Shown here piece after piece: positions 32,112 through 41,419 of a DNA stretch of 64,000 nucleotides (within the stretch, counting starts at the first letter, position 1; each line of letters opens with the position of its first letter). The stretch spans positions 186,001 to 250,000 of IMG/VR virus record IMGVR_UViG_3300025930_000007; one strand, written 5' to 3'. The notes beneath the pieces are model-generated. The model saw only the letters and a program-made list of their open reading frames with translations, had not been told where the DNA came from and ran no database searches. The position numbers and the translations under genes were made by a program.

Positions 32112-32537
32112 CTAAAGTTCCTGCTCCATGACTCGGCGCGACTTCAGGATCGCGGCCGTCTCGAAGATGAAGGGAGCGTGAGGGATGACGGCGATCCACT
32201 CGCCTTCAGGGCCCCCGAACGTCGGATGAAAGACTTCCACGAAGACGCCCTGCGCCTTCGGCTGCCCGATGGCGATGACCAGGCGAACCCGCTGCTTCGC
32301 GGCATAGAGGATGGAGGCGAGGAAGACGCTGATGCAGTCCGAATCGCCAGGGCCGCCCTTCTGGAGGCCATCCGGCGTCCCGGCAGAGCCTGGATTCTTC
32401 CGGGCCCAGTCAGCGAGCTTCTCGAGCATCGGCCGATACTCCATCTCCTCCTTCACGGTGGCTTTTGCCTTCTGCGGAACCATGTTTCCGCACATCTCGG
32501 GGGGAACTCCAGGGGGAAGGCGATCCATGATTCCCAT
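32112..32537 (-). CDS. transglutaminase-like fold protein, apparently catalytically degenerate
   Basis: GDSDCISVFLASIL...RLV...GVFVEV...GEWIAV resembles GDCDD...LASLL...HVYVEV...W. Confidence 0.45.
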   Translation of the reverse strand: MGIMDRLPPGVPPEMCGNMVPQKAKATVKEEMEYRPMLEKLADWARKNPGSAGTPDGLQKGGPGDSDCISVFLASILYAAKQRVRLVIAIGQPKAQGVFVEVFHPTFGGPEGEWIAVIPHAPFIFETAAILKSRRVMEQEL

Positions 32538-32546
32538 AGCTCTCTC

Positions 32547-33584
32547 CTATTCTTGTTCCACTTGGAAGGTGGTCTTACCCTTGGGCTTGAGTCTTTCCCA
32601 GATCACTTCGTCATAAGGCATCTTATCGAGCATCAGGAACATAATGGGCGCGAGGTCTCCATGCTTCTTGAACTCCATCGCCCAGTCCTTCCTGGTCGAT
32701 TGAGGAGGCGTGGCCGCAAAGGCAGCCTTCGCCTTCTCCTCGATCTCGCTGTAGGACTTCTTGAGGCCGTCCCGCTGCTTCCGAAACCATTCCATGAACT
32801 CGTCTGGAACGTTCTCGAAGGACGGCTCGTTGTTCGTAGAAAGGGTCTCCCAGATGCCCTTCACAGAGAGGCCCGTCAGGATCTTATGGAGCAGCATATA
32901 CTGGTGGTACTTCAGCTTGACCCGGAGACCGTTGGAATAGCGCGCGACGTACCCTTCCCGATCGCGCACCTTGGGATCCTGGAGCGAGATCTCCGAGATC
33001 GGCCTAGTTTCGAACCCGATCGCCTTGAAGCCGTAATCCTTCGCGTAAGCCGACACCTGGGCGTAACTCGCGTCTTCCCCGGAGTCCGTCTTGACGATTC
33101 CCAGAAGGATCATCTCCTCCTTTTCATATGGGATCACGAGCCTGTTCCACGGCGCGATGAACTCGAACATGTAGGTGTTGTCGCGGTGCAATCGCCTGTG
33201 ACTCTGGGAGAGCCACGCATTGGCGTACTTGGTCTGGGGATTCTCCCAGCAGCCCCGGGTGATCGCCCGCCAGCCGGTCTCCTCATCATGGAAGACGATG
33301 ATCATGCTCCCGTCCACCTTATCGCTGAGCTCGGGAGTCTCGGCGGGAAGTGCCTCGAGCTTCGTCTCAGGGCGCTCATTCACGTTGAAGAACTTCCGCC
33401 AGGGCCGCGCGACGATCTTGCCCTGGTCGTCGAGGACCAGGCCGCGGGCCTGCATCGTGTACTCATCCCAGGCGCGTTCGAACATGCAGTGGTTCGTATA
33501 GTCAAAGATCGTGAGCCGGCCGTTCGGCCGTGCTGCGACGAGGCCCAGATCCACGCGTTTGCGGAGTTCTTCTAAGAGCATCAC
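32547..33584 (-). CDS. T4 Rnl1 (RnlA)-family RNA ligase
   Basis: ARGLVLD, RPWRKFFN, DKVDGS motif I, EGYV, RVKLKY. Confidence 0.88.
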   Translation of the reverse strand: MMLLEELRKRVDLGLVAARPNGRLTIFDYTNHCMFERAWDEYTMQARGLVLDDQGKIVARPWRKFFNVNERPETKLEALPAETPELSDKVDGSMIIVFHDEETGWRAITRGCWENPQTKYANAWLSQSHRRLHRDNTYMFEFIAPWNRLVIPYEKEEMILLGIVKTDSGEDASYAQVSAYAKDYGFKAIGFETRPISEISLQDPKVRDREGYVARYSNGLRVKLKYHQYMLLHKILTGLSVKGIWETLSTNNEPSFENVPDEFMEWFRKQRDGLKKSYSEIEEKAKAAFAATPPQSTRKDWAMEFKKHGDLAPIMFLMLDKMPYDEVIWERLKPKGKTTFQVEQE

Positions 33585-34516
33585 TTTGCCTTGGCCTCTT
33601 TCTGCTCGCTCAGGGCCGCGTTGCAGATCACCTTGGGAACGTCTTCCAGCTTCTTGGCCCAGCCGAGAGGCTTATCCACGGTGTACTTCTTCTCGTCCCT
33701 TTCTCCATCATGGGTAACCCAGACGACGCGACGGAGATGGTAGCCCTCCGTATCGGCGTTCAGAAGCCAGCGGGCTTCGTACTTCTCCCGAACATAATCC
33801 CAGACCTTCATCGCATCGTCGATCTGAGTCGAGTAGTGGGGAAGATCTTCTCCACGCTCGCCAGCCTCCCCGACCGCGACCCCGCGATAGGTATTCGGAT
33901 CCTTCACGACCTTCTGACCAAAGATCTCCTCGGAGATCTTCCGATCCAGACGCAGGGCCTGTTCTTCGCTAAGCACCGAAGTTCTCTCCGCCGGCGGCGA
34001 CGATCGCTTCCTGTAGTTCCTGGAGGGCGGCGCATTCCGGAGCGCCGTTCACGCTCGGGAAGATCGTCATCCGGAGCTTCATGAAGGCCTCGACCGCCTC
34101 GAGCAGGCGGGCACTGCCTGCGATGCACTGCATGTCCGGATGCTCGCGGTCGGCGTCGACCATAAGACCTTCCGGTCCGCGCTGCCCCAGCTTGTGCTTC
34201 GGCCGGGGCATGAGAACGACAGGCCGGTGGCCATGGGCGCCCACCAGCGTGGAATCGTTCATCCAGACCCAGGGAGCCTTGGTCCGAACTACCCGCTTCG
34301 TTTCGCTCACAGTTTCCTCCTCCTGATTTCCATCTCTATCCGCTCCATGCGAATGTAGTTATCGTCCATGATCGCTTCCAAAGGCCGAGTGTCCGCACCG
34401 CACTTCAGACACACATGGTAGTCTTGCCAGTAGGCGCGTTCTCCCGGATAGCGCTCATCGAGCGTCCGCTTCTCCCACTGATGGCCCATGAAAAGACACT
34501 TCAGCCAAGCGATCAT
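33581..34516 (-). other. three short hypothetical ORFs
   Basis: 33581-33976 (PHYSTQIDDA), 33969-34310, 34307-34516. Confidence 0.6.
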
Positions 34517-35178
34517 TCTTCTTCGATCTTCAGAAACTTTTCACGAAACCATTCCCGATTCTCGCTGAATACCGGGGCCGTCTGAGCCTCCCCACGAACG
34601 ACGACCGTGCCGCGAATCAATTTCTCCGGAAAGGATTGCAACGGCTTATCAGCCAATTCCAGCATGGCGATCATCAGATCCGAATTCTTGCCATGGAGCT
34701 GCTTTGGGCTGAAGACGGACTGCGCCGCCGAGGAGATCGCGTTCCGGCGGCAATCCTGCTGTCTCCAGATGAAGTAATTGATGATGTCGCGCTCCGGAAT
34801 GGAACAAACCCGGCCGTCGAAATAGCCTGGAGAACCCCACCGCAGGCTGAATTCAGCACCCATGATTGAAGCCGATACGGAAGATATCTTCTGGACTACT
34901 CCGTCGAACCACTGCATGCTTTCGAACTTGTTGTAGTCGATGAAGAGTAGTGAGATTTCATCGGATTGCATGTAAGCCATGCGCGCCGGGACCTCGTCCA
35001 GAAGAGCGATGACGGCGTCCTTCATGGCCGTGTTCAGCTTGACGTCGAAGGGCTTCTCGCACTTCCTAGTCAGGGTATGGAAGGCCTTCCCGTCCAGCCG
35101 GATCACTGCTGGCGTCCGGATCAGAAGCCTCTGCCGGAAGACTTCCTCGTACGCCTTCATCCGCTCGCCGAGGTCCAT
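34513..35178 (-). CDS. thg1: tRNA(His) guanylyltransferase Thg1-like
   Basis: RMKAYE, IRLDGKAFH, YMQSDEISL, FDGR, YFIWRQQDCRRN. Confidence 0.92.
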   Translation of the reverse strand: MDLGERMKAYEEVFRQRLLIRTPAVIRLDGKAFHTLTRKCEKPFDVKLNTAMKDAVIALLDEVPARMAYMQSDEISLLFIDYNKFESMQWFDGVVQKISSVSASIMGAEFSLRWGSPGYFDGRVCSIPERDIINYFIWRQQDCRRNAISSAAQSVFSPKQLHGKNSDLMIAMLELADKPLQSFPEKLIRGTVVVRGEAQTAPVFSENREWFREKFLKIEEE

Positions 35179-35458
35179 GGCTATTCCCTATCGCAGTTAT
35201 GGCAAAGAAGCCCTGCATGGCTCACTTTATACAGGGGCGTCGTTACGTCCGAATCCTGGCGGCCGCAGAGTGAGCAGATCCGCGGAACTGAGGACAGATA
35301 CTCTCCAGCCTCCTCGATCTTGATGGCTCGCTCCATCTGGGCGAGCTCCTTGCGGCGCTCGGTACGTCCGCAGGAATGACCGTCCTCACAGTCACATTCC
35401 ACGCGCTCGATCCACCACCGCATCCATTCCGCGCCCTTCTTGGCCGCTTCGAGAAGCG

Positions 35459-36085
35459 TCATACCGCCTTCGTCTCCTTGCCCAAGAAGAGGCTGCAGGT
35501 CTTCTCGAACATGTCCTTGTTCGTGAAGAAGAACAGCTTGTTGCTGAGGTCCAACCAGCCCTGGACCCTTTTGCTCCATCCCTCCTTGGAATCCTTTGGC
35601 TCAAGAAGAGCAGTCCGAAACATGGGGGCTTCCTTGAACCGACGATACTGTTCCTGGCTGATCAGCGACCGGATGAATTTCGTGGCCGGCGCATGGTGAT
35701 CGGTCTTCGCAAGGAGATAGACGGGTTTCTTGACGCCCTTGACCGGCCTCTTGAAATGTCGCTCTTCCCATTTCTCGAAGGTCACATCCCCCATATCGAT
35801 CTCGAAGTTCGAGGTCGAGAGATCGGCGAGTGAAATGACCATCGACTGAAGGGTCCTGGGAATCTCGCCGAACTCGAATTCTGCAGAACCCATGTAGTCG
35901 AACGTGAAGATCTCCTGAAGGAGATCCATGGCCTCCTTCGACAAGCCTCCGTCTCGGAAGCCGCAGCCGAACGCGAAGATGCGGGCACCGAGATCCCGGG
36001 CATCTTCCCAGGGCTTGTTGAGGCGCTGGATCAGCCAGGGCTCACGCCACTCGCCGATGGGACCTGCCTTTTCGCCGTAGCCCAT
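35459..36085 (-). CDS. hypothetical phage protein
   Basis: FDYMGSAEFEFG motif. Confidence 0.7.
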   Translation of the reverse strand: MGYGEKAGPIGEWREPWLIQRLNKPWEDARDLGARIFAFGCGFRDGGLSKEAMDLLQEIFTFDYMGSAEFEFGEIPRTLQSMVISLADLSTSNFEIDMGDVTFEKWEERHFKRPVKGVKKPVYLLAKTDHHAPATKFIRSLISQEQYRRFKEAPMFRTALLEPKDSKEGWSKRVQGWLDLSNKLFFFTNKDMFEKTCSLFLGKETKAV

Positions 36086-36114
36086 ACCGATGGAATCTCC
36101 TTCCTACCGGAACT

Positions 36115-36144
36115 AGGTATACCGGTATACCTCTCGAATTGCAA
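36115..36144 (-). promoter_or_regulatory. promoter TTGCAA-17-TATACC overlapped by 18-bp palindrome AGGTATACCGGTATACCT
   Basis: Perfect palindrome 36115-36132 made of two GGTATACC boxes. Confidence 0.65.
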
Positions 36145-36162
36145 TTGAAATCGGAGGGAGAT

Positions 36163-36981
36163 TTAGACGCCGAGTCTCCGCTTGAGGAACTGGCGGTACT
36201 CTTTCTGAAGTGGGTCCAGATCAACGATATTCTTGAGAAGAATATCCTCGACAAGCTGCGGATGTTTCTTGAGAAGAAAGCTGACGATCGCCCAGGACGC
36301 CGCGTAGTACTGGGGCCATTTCATCCCGTAAAGGTCATCCCTAGTCGTCCTGATGACCTCGCTTATAGGGATATTGACTATTTCTTCTCCTCGCATTGCC
36401 GCATTCCAGTTCTTTCCTGTCGGCTTGAATCCTTTGTTGGTCCATTCGAGCCGGCTGAAATATTCAGCCATGCCCTCGGCGAACCAGACAGGATCGAGCA
36501 CCCCATAGACGCGATGCATATAGGCATGGGTGAATTCATGAGCGTAGGTCTGTTCGAAGTCTTCCGCGTTTGCGGCCATCGAAAAATGAACGACCAATTC
36601 GCCCTTGACTGGATCGTAGAATGAAAAAGCGTTGCCGGCTCCGCAGCGCCGTGCATAGGCGCAAAACTGAGCTCCATCTCTGAAGATCTTGATGGTGTAG
36701 ATGTGCCGGCGGGGAGGCCCCCCGATTTCCCTCTGCAGCATCTCCTCGAGCTTCTCGGCCGTCACCGCAAGCGTCTTGAGCGCTTCGTCCGGAACGTCTC
36801 CCATGACCACCATGGTATCGGTGGCGATCTTTCGCCATTCCGGGTTGTCCATGGGGTAAAGGGCGTACCCGGAACTTCCTTCGTCGACGATCTGCTGTGG
36901 AAGGCCGCTCAGCCTCGAGGGGATGCCCCAGATATGGAAACCGCCAGGAAGGATGATGAAATCCTGCTCTGTTTTGGGCAT
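36163..36981 (-). CDS. gluzincin metallopeptidase, DUF1570/peptidase MA-like
   Basis: HEFTH...WFAEGMAEYF, YAASWAIVSFL. Confidence 0.8.
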   Translation of the reverse strand: MPKTEQDFIILPGGFHIWGIPSRLSGLPQQIVDEGSSGYALYPMDNPEWRKIATDTMVVMGDVPDEALKTLAVTAEKLEEMLQREIGGPPRRHIYTIKIFRDGAQFCAYARRCGAGNAFSFYDPVKGELVVHFSMAANAEDFEQTYAHEFTHAYMHRVYGVLDPVWFAEGMAEYFSRLEWTNKGFKPTGKNWNAAMRGEEIVNIPISEVIRTTRDDLYGMKWPQYYAASWAIVSFLLKKHPQLVEDILLKNIVDLDPLQKEYRQFLKRRLGV

Positions 36982-36994
36982 GCCAACCCGCGTC

Positions 36995-37267
36995 CTATAC
37001 TCCGAGCGCTCTTAGCTGCGCGAGAGCGGAATTAAGGCAGCCTCTTACCCTCATCTGGCTGAACATTCCAGGGATCGTCAAGTAGTGCTCGCAGGCCGTA
37101 AGCGTGTCCTGGAGCTGCTTGGGTGCTCCCTCTGGAATACTGGACGCCCGAGCCTGATAGTCGGCGAGCTCAGGCATGTAGTCCTCGGGATTCATTCCCT
37201 GGCCTTGACCGAGGAAGGGTGGCATGACCAGCCGGACCTGTCCGAGAAATGCTCTTCGATCCATCAT
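36995..37267 (-). CDS. small protein with two FLGQ motifs
   Basis: MMDRRAFLGQVRLVMPPFLGQG; GGAGG RBS. Confidence 0.7.
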   Translation of the reverse strand: MMDRRAFLGQVRLVMPPFLGQGQGMNPEDYMPELADYQARASSIPEGAPKQLQDTLTACEHYLTIPGMFSQMRVRGCLNSALAQLRALGV

Positions 37268-37289
37268 AGACAAGCCTCCAAAGAGGCAT

Positions 37290-37312
37290 GTCCCTTTGGG
37301 GGAGGGAGGGAC
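37290..37312 (-). promoter_or_regulatory. leader hairpin with TCCCTCCCCCAAA loop after promoter TTGATC-17-TATAGT
   Basis: GTCCC/GGGAC stem; first 11 loop nt identical to the loop at 4825-4837. Confidence 0.65.
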
Positions 37313-37359
37313 CGCCTATCTTGGACTATAACATCCTTGCATCCCCAGATCAAAAGACA

Positions 37360-38055
37360 TTACTTCTTGACCGGCTCGATCAGATAGGCCACGGCATTGA
37401 AATCGCGGGCGAGCGAAGCCGCCACGATCTCCTGTCGGTCAGACGGGATGCCATCCACCTGGATGACCGTATCGAGTTCCATGCGGACATTGTTATAGAA
37501 CAGGGATCCACCATCGGAAATCTTGCCTTCGAACGCCTTGAACAGAGAGACCTTGATCGTGACTTTCTCCATTTTGACCGGCTTGAACTCCCAAGGGCTG
37601 ACGATCCGCCCATGATCCGGACCGAGCACTTGCTTCATCCTGGTCCGAAGATCCTGCTCGTTGATCTTGAAGTCGGCCATCACCTGAAAGGCGATTCCCT
37701 CCCGTTCCTTAAACAGGCCCAGGAGTAGATGCTCCGTCCCGATCACGTCCACGCCGGCACGGCAGGTTTCCTCTTCCGTGAGCTGCAAGACTTTCTTCGC
37801 CCGCGGGGACCAAGGGAGCTGTCCGAGCGTGCGGGTGGGCTCGGTACCCGGGGAGATCTTGGTATCGATCGCCTTCATCATGACCTCCCGGTCCACGCCG
37901 AGCAGCTTGAGCGTCTTTGCAGCAACTCCCCCGTTTTCATCGAGGATGCCTAACAGCATGTGCTCGGTACCGATGAAGTCCTGATTCAGACGCTGAGCGT
38001 GCTGACGGGCAAGCGACATGACCTTCCGGGCCCGCTCAGTGAACTTTTCGAACAC
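37360..38055 (-). CDS. stand-alone ClpA/B/C N-terminal domain protein without ATPase
   Basis: MFEKFTERARKVM...IGTEHMLLG and second repeat SPRAKKVL...IGTEHLLLG; no Walker motifs. Confidence 0.88.
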   Translation of the reverse strand: MFEKFTERARKVMSLARQHAQRLNQDFIGTEHMLLGILDENGGVAAKTLKLLGVDREVMMKAIDTKISPGTEPTRTLGQLPWSPRAKKVLQLTEEETCRAGVDVIGTEHLLLGLFKEREGIAFQVMADFKINEQDLRTRMKQVLGPDHGRIVSPWEFKPVKMEKVTIKVSLFKAFEGKISDGGSLFYNNVRMELDTVIQVDGIPSDRQEIVAASLARDFNAVAYLIEPVKK

Positions 38056-38278
38056 GCTTGATCTCCTTCCAATATGGATACGAACACCAGAAAACCGCCC
38101 ACCAGGCCGCCAAGATCACGAGAACCTCCATAGCGGCGATCGGCACAAAGAGCCCAGGCGACTGATACCTTGAGCTGATTGCCCCGGCATTGAGCCAGAC
38201 CAGCATCTTGATCAACGGAATGCTGTAGAAGAGCCATGCTCCTATCACTGCCAGAGCCGTGACCTTCGCCGCCTTCAT
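38036..38278 (-). CDS. small membrane protein
   Basis: Two hydrophobic helices. Confidence 0.6.
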   Translation of the reverse strand: MKAAKVTALAVIGAWLFYSIPLIKMLVWLNAGAISSRYQSPGLFVPIAAMEVLVILAAWWAVFWCSYPYWKEIKRVRKVH

Positions 38279-38279
38279 G

Positions 38280-38720
38280 CTACTTACGAGGGAGAGGAGT
38301 CGTATTCATCTTCTCCGGACCGGCCTCCTGCATCACCTCGAGGAAAGGGTATTCCTTTCCCGAGAAGGCATATCCCATCAGAATATTGGGTAGCGACTGG
38401 TTGAGCGAATAGCTGAAGCCCTGCAGGCGGATGAACTCTTGGACTCCCTCCTTCTTGAAGCGCACGATCTTGGTGTTGATCACCACGGCGCCGGAAGGAA
38501 TGCTGACCTGGTGCGGGATCGTGCTGAGATTCACGACTTCCACGAAGGGATTCGTAAAGTACCATCCCGGGTTGTCCTGAATGTCGACCTTCCCGTTCAT
38601 GGAGTTGTAGGCCACGCCGATCTCGTTGATGTGGACGTGGTTCCAGCACAGGATATAGAACAGCAACAGGAAGACCGGCGGGACCGCCACCGAGATCGCG
38701 ATCTTCACCCATTTATGCAT
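38280..38720 (-). CDS. membrane protein, SPFH/band-7-like N-terminal part
   Basis: TM then HVHINEIGVAYN...G...PGWYF.NPF. Confidence 0.5.
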   Translation of the reverse strand: MHKWVKIAISVAVPPVFLLLFYILCWNHVHINEIGVAYNSMNGKVDIQDNPGWYFTNPFVEVVNLSTIPHQVSIPSGAVVINTKIVRFKKEGVQEFIRLQGFSYSLNQSLPNILMGYAFSGKEYPFLEVMQEAGPEKMNTTPLPRK

Positions 38721-39255
38721 TTTTCGTTTCCTCAGGGGGTAGGACGAGTTTCATCTCACGATTGGGCGGAACGATGGGAGTCAAATGAACTTGCGGTGGT
38801 ACGGTCCTAGGATCCACTGACGAGTTCATCACCATCATATAAGACCCGGAATATCCAGTCGACCAGTACGAACTGGACATCATCAGTTTCTGGCCATTCA
38901 GGAAGTATTCCGGACGCCCACTGGAATCCGGGATCATCTTATGGTCATGCTTCTGGATCCGGTTGTCCCACCTCATTCCACAGAGAGCGCACGTCTCAAA
39001 ATACGCAAATTCTTCAGCGCAACCCTTACAGGAATGCCAAGTCTTGATGCCGTGCTTGCAGCGAACGGCGGCATCGTTGGCCTTCTGGGAAGACTTATTG
39101 TCCTGAATCTCCTTGATCCAGCCGGCGACCTGGGCGACGAGGATAACGCCTGCCCAGGCAAGCGAGGAGACCGGCTTGATGCCCCGATTCCAGTCGACCA
39201 TCATGGCCACCAGCATCACTGGAATCGCTGCATACCAGAACACCAAGTATTTCAT
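38713..39255 (-). CDS. membrane protein with Cys/His motifs
   Basis: Two TM helices, CKHG...CKGC. Confidence 0.6.
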   Translation of the reverse strand: MKYLVFWYAAIPVMLVAMMVDWNRGIKPVSSLAWAGVILVAQVAGWIKEIQDNKSSQKANDAAVRCKHGIKTWHSCKGCAEEFAYFETCALCGMRWDNRIQKHDHKMIPDSSGRPEYFLNGQKLMMSSSYWSTGYSGSYMMVMNSSVDPRTVPPQVHLTPIVPPNREMKLVLPPEETKNA

Positions 39256-40262
39256 CCCTTGACCTCGTTCAATACGATTGCCTGACGCATCCAGTGCCCA
39301 TGGGTTTGGACGTGGTTCTTCCTAACGTATTTCGCAACAACATCCTTAAATTCCTTGTACTGGAAGGCCCGTGCGACGCGAACGACGTAACCTTCGCAGG
39401 GATCTCCGTTGTATAGGTCGATCTCGATGGCCTTCGTCCAACTCTCGTCCCAGAGACCACGATGGAACACGGGCACCGTCTTCAGATCCAGGAGCGCGCA
39501 CCAGCTCTCCGTCTCCTCCCAGGAGAGGCATTCGTTCTTCTCGTTCCAGATCGAGAAGACCAGGAAGTGCGCCGGCAGATTCAGGTAATGGATCGAATGC
39601 TTGGCGTAGAGGTTCTCGCCGCAGATCCTCCAACCAGGCGGAATATCATGTCCGATCCGGCGATGCAGGCCCCAGAGCCAGTCCCTGGAGGGATGCGGCG
39701 CCGTGTCGATCGAGCGGGCATGGAAACCATCCGGGTACATGGATGTCTGCTCCCCGTCCATCTTGATCGTGATCACGACCGCCTGGCCCTCCAGGCCGTG
39801 GAGCGATGGGATGATCTTGTCGTCGCTTGAGACGTTCGGGCTCCAGGGAAGGTGATGGGTCCGCTGGTATTTCACCCGATCCGTGAAGAGGTGCAGGACC
39901 GGCTTCAGGATCTTCTGGACGCTCTCGTCATGGAAGAGTTCGCCCTTCAGACGCTGGCCGTTCGGGAGGATCGGATTGCCCCACTTGTCCACCGGCTGGT
40001 CCGAGTAGAAGTGAGGGGGCAGGAGAACCTCCTGGATCCCGCAGCGCTCCCGGAGCTCGTCGCACGAAAGCTCCGTGGACTCTGCCAGGAGATGATGGAC
40101 CTCGCAGACGGAGGCCCCATTCGAGACGTAGTATCCCCCATCGGGCCACAGTCGGCGTTCGATGATGTGGTGAGCATCCTTCGCCGGCTGCCCGCAGACA
40201 ACGCATTCCCAGCCGTCTCGCTTGAAGACGGCATTCCTGAACTCGTCTCTACTTAGCAACAT
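39252..40262 (-). CDS. HNH domain fused to an RNA-ligase-family nucleotidyltransferase
   Basis: RDGWECVVCG...DAHHIIER...CEVHH; KYQRTHHLPWS, KMDGE, CGEN, EGYVVR, KYVR. Confidence 0.85.
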   Translation of the reverse strand: MLLSRDEFRNAVFKRDGWECVVCGQPAKDAHHIIERRLWPDGGYYVSNGASVCEVHHLLAESTELSCDELRERCGIQEVLLPPHFYSDQPVDKWGNPILPNGQRLKGELFHDESVQKILKPVLHLFTDRVKYQRTHHLPWSPNVSSDDKIIPSLHGLEGQAVVITIKMDGEQTSMYPDGFHARSIDTAPHPSRDWLWGLHRRIGHDIPPGWRICGENLYAKHSIHYLNLPAHFLVFSIWNEKNECLSWEETESWCALLDLKTVPVFHRGLWDESWTKAIEIDLYNGDPCEGYVVRVARAFQYKEFKDVVAKYVRKNHVQTHGHWMRQAIVLNEVKG

Positions 40263-40797
40263 CTCTCACCGGCCAGACCTTGTACTCGGGATGAGCCTTC
40301 TTGAAGGCCTCCGCACACGGAAGGCAGGGAAAATCCCAGAAGCCGTACTTCAGATCGCCACGACCGAACGTGACCGTCTCGTCATCGATCGACGTCGACG
40401 CGCTGCAATCCGCGCGGCCGCAGGCTTGCTTGGGCTTGGCTTTTTCTTCCATGACGTGCGTCCAGTTCATGTCGATGAATTCTTTCGGGAAGTAGGACGG
40501 GAAACAGACTGTCGACCGTCCATTCACAATCACCTTGACCGAATCATGTCCTTCTCGAAGCTTCAGGATCTCGTAGTCGATGTCGGTCCCGGCTTTCTTT
40601 TCGTCCTCGATCAGCTTCATCAGGTATTCGCGGCCCTCGCGCCAGGTCTTGAGATCCTCGGCCGCCTGGGCTGCCTTCCATCGCATGTAATCAGGTGAAT
40701 TCAGGTATTCGATGGCCAAGCGAGCCCACTCTTTGGTGGAGATCTCGCCTTTCATGCCCTTGGCGAAGCTTTCCGCGAATTCCTTCTTACTGATCAT
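40249..40797 (-). CDS. hypothetical protein
   Basis: 182 aa coupled ORF. Confidence 0.6.
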   Translation of the reverse strand: MISKKEFAESFAKGMKGEISTKEWARLAIEYLNSPDYMRWKAAQAAEDLKTWREGREYLMKLIEDEKKAGTDIDYEILKLREGHDSVKVIVNGRSTVCFPSYFPKEFIDMNWTHVMEEKAKPKQACGRADCSASTSIDDETVTFGRGDLKYGFWDFPCLPCAEAFKKAHPEYKVWPVRDVAK

Positions 40798-41097
40798 TTT
40801 GCCGCCACGCCCTCTTGGGCCGTGTCCTGTCCCTTCCGTGACTTGGCGACTTCGTTCTCCACCAGGGCCTTGATCCGAAGAAGGAGCTTCGTCTGCCAGT
40901 ATTTCGGCTGGTAATCGAGGCCACCTTCCTTCATATCGGTCTCGACCATTCGAACGATGTCTTCAGCGGTCATTTCATCCCCTTCCTCTTTGGAAGCTTG
41001 TGCCCTATGGCCTTATCCCAGCACGGCGGACACATCGCATAGGTATATGGCCCGATCCACTTGCAGCGGCATTGGTGCTGGCGTCTCTTGAGTCCCA

Positions 41098-41417
41098 TCA
41101 CTTTGCCGTGTCGTAGGTCACGTCCTCGAACCACTCCGAGAGCATGAAGGCGACCGCGGCCTCCTTGTGCTCATGCTTGGGAGCGAACGACCGCATCACC
41201 GTCACGACCGCCGCAAGCGCCTTCTTGGTCTCGACGCCGGTCTTCGGAGTCCACTTCGCGTTCTTCATGCCCAGGAAGAACCAGTCCGACATCACCTTCT
41301 CCCATTTCCTCTTGTTCGGGAAGTCGTCGGGGATGTCCTTCATCTTCGGCATGATCTCAAGCGCCTTGTCTCCGCCGAAGACCTGGTCGACCATGGTAAC
41401 GTCCGGAATCATAAGCA
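41098..41417 (-). CDS. hypothetical phage protein
   Basis: SFAPKHEHKEAAVAF motif; start approximate. Confidence 0.6.
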
Positions 41418-41419
41418 TT

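Noticed and set aside
32007-33575. 522-aa plus-strand ORF and similar long antisense ORFs (10712-11719, 26105-27088, 43802-44701, 56773-57813)
   Set aside because: Shadow frames of real minus-strand genes in GC-rich DNA; no motifs or RBS.
36995-37267. MDRRAFL as a fourth Tat signal
   Set aside because: No proper hydrophobic h-region follows; it fits the basic-leader plus LGQ pattern better.
37360-38055. clpC pseudogene
   Set aside because: Clean ORF with a distinct C-terminal tail and no ATPase remnants downstream.
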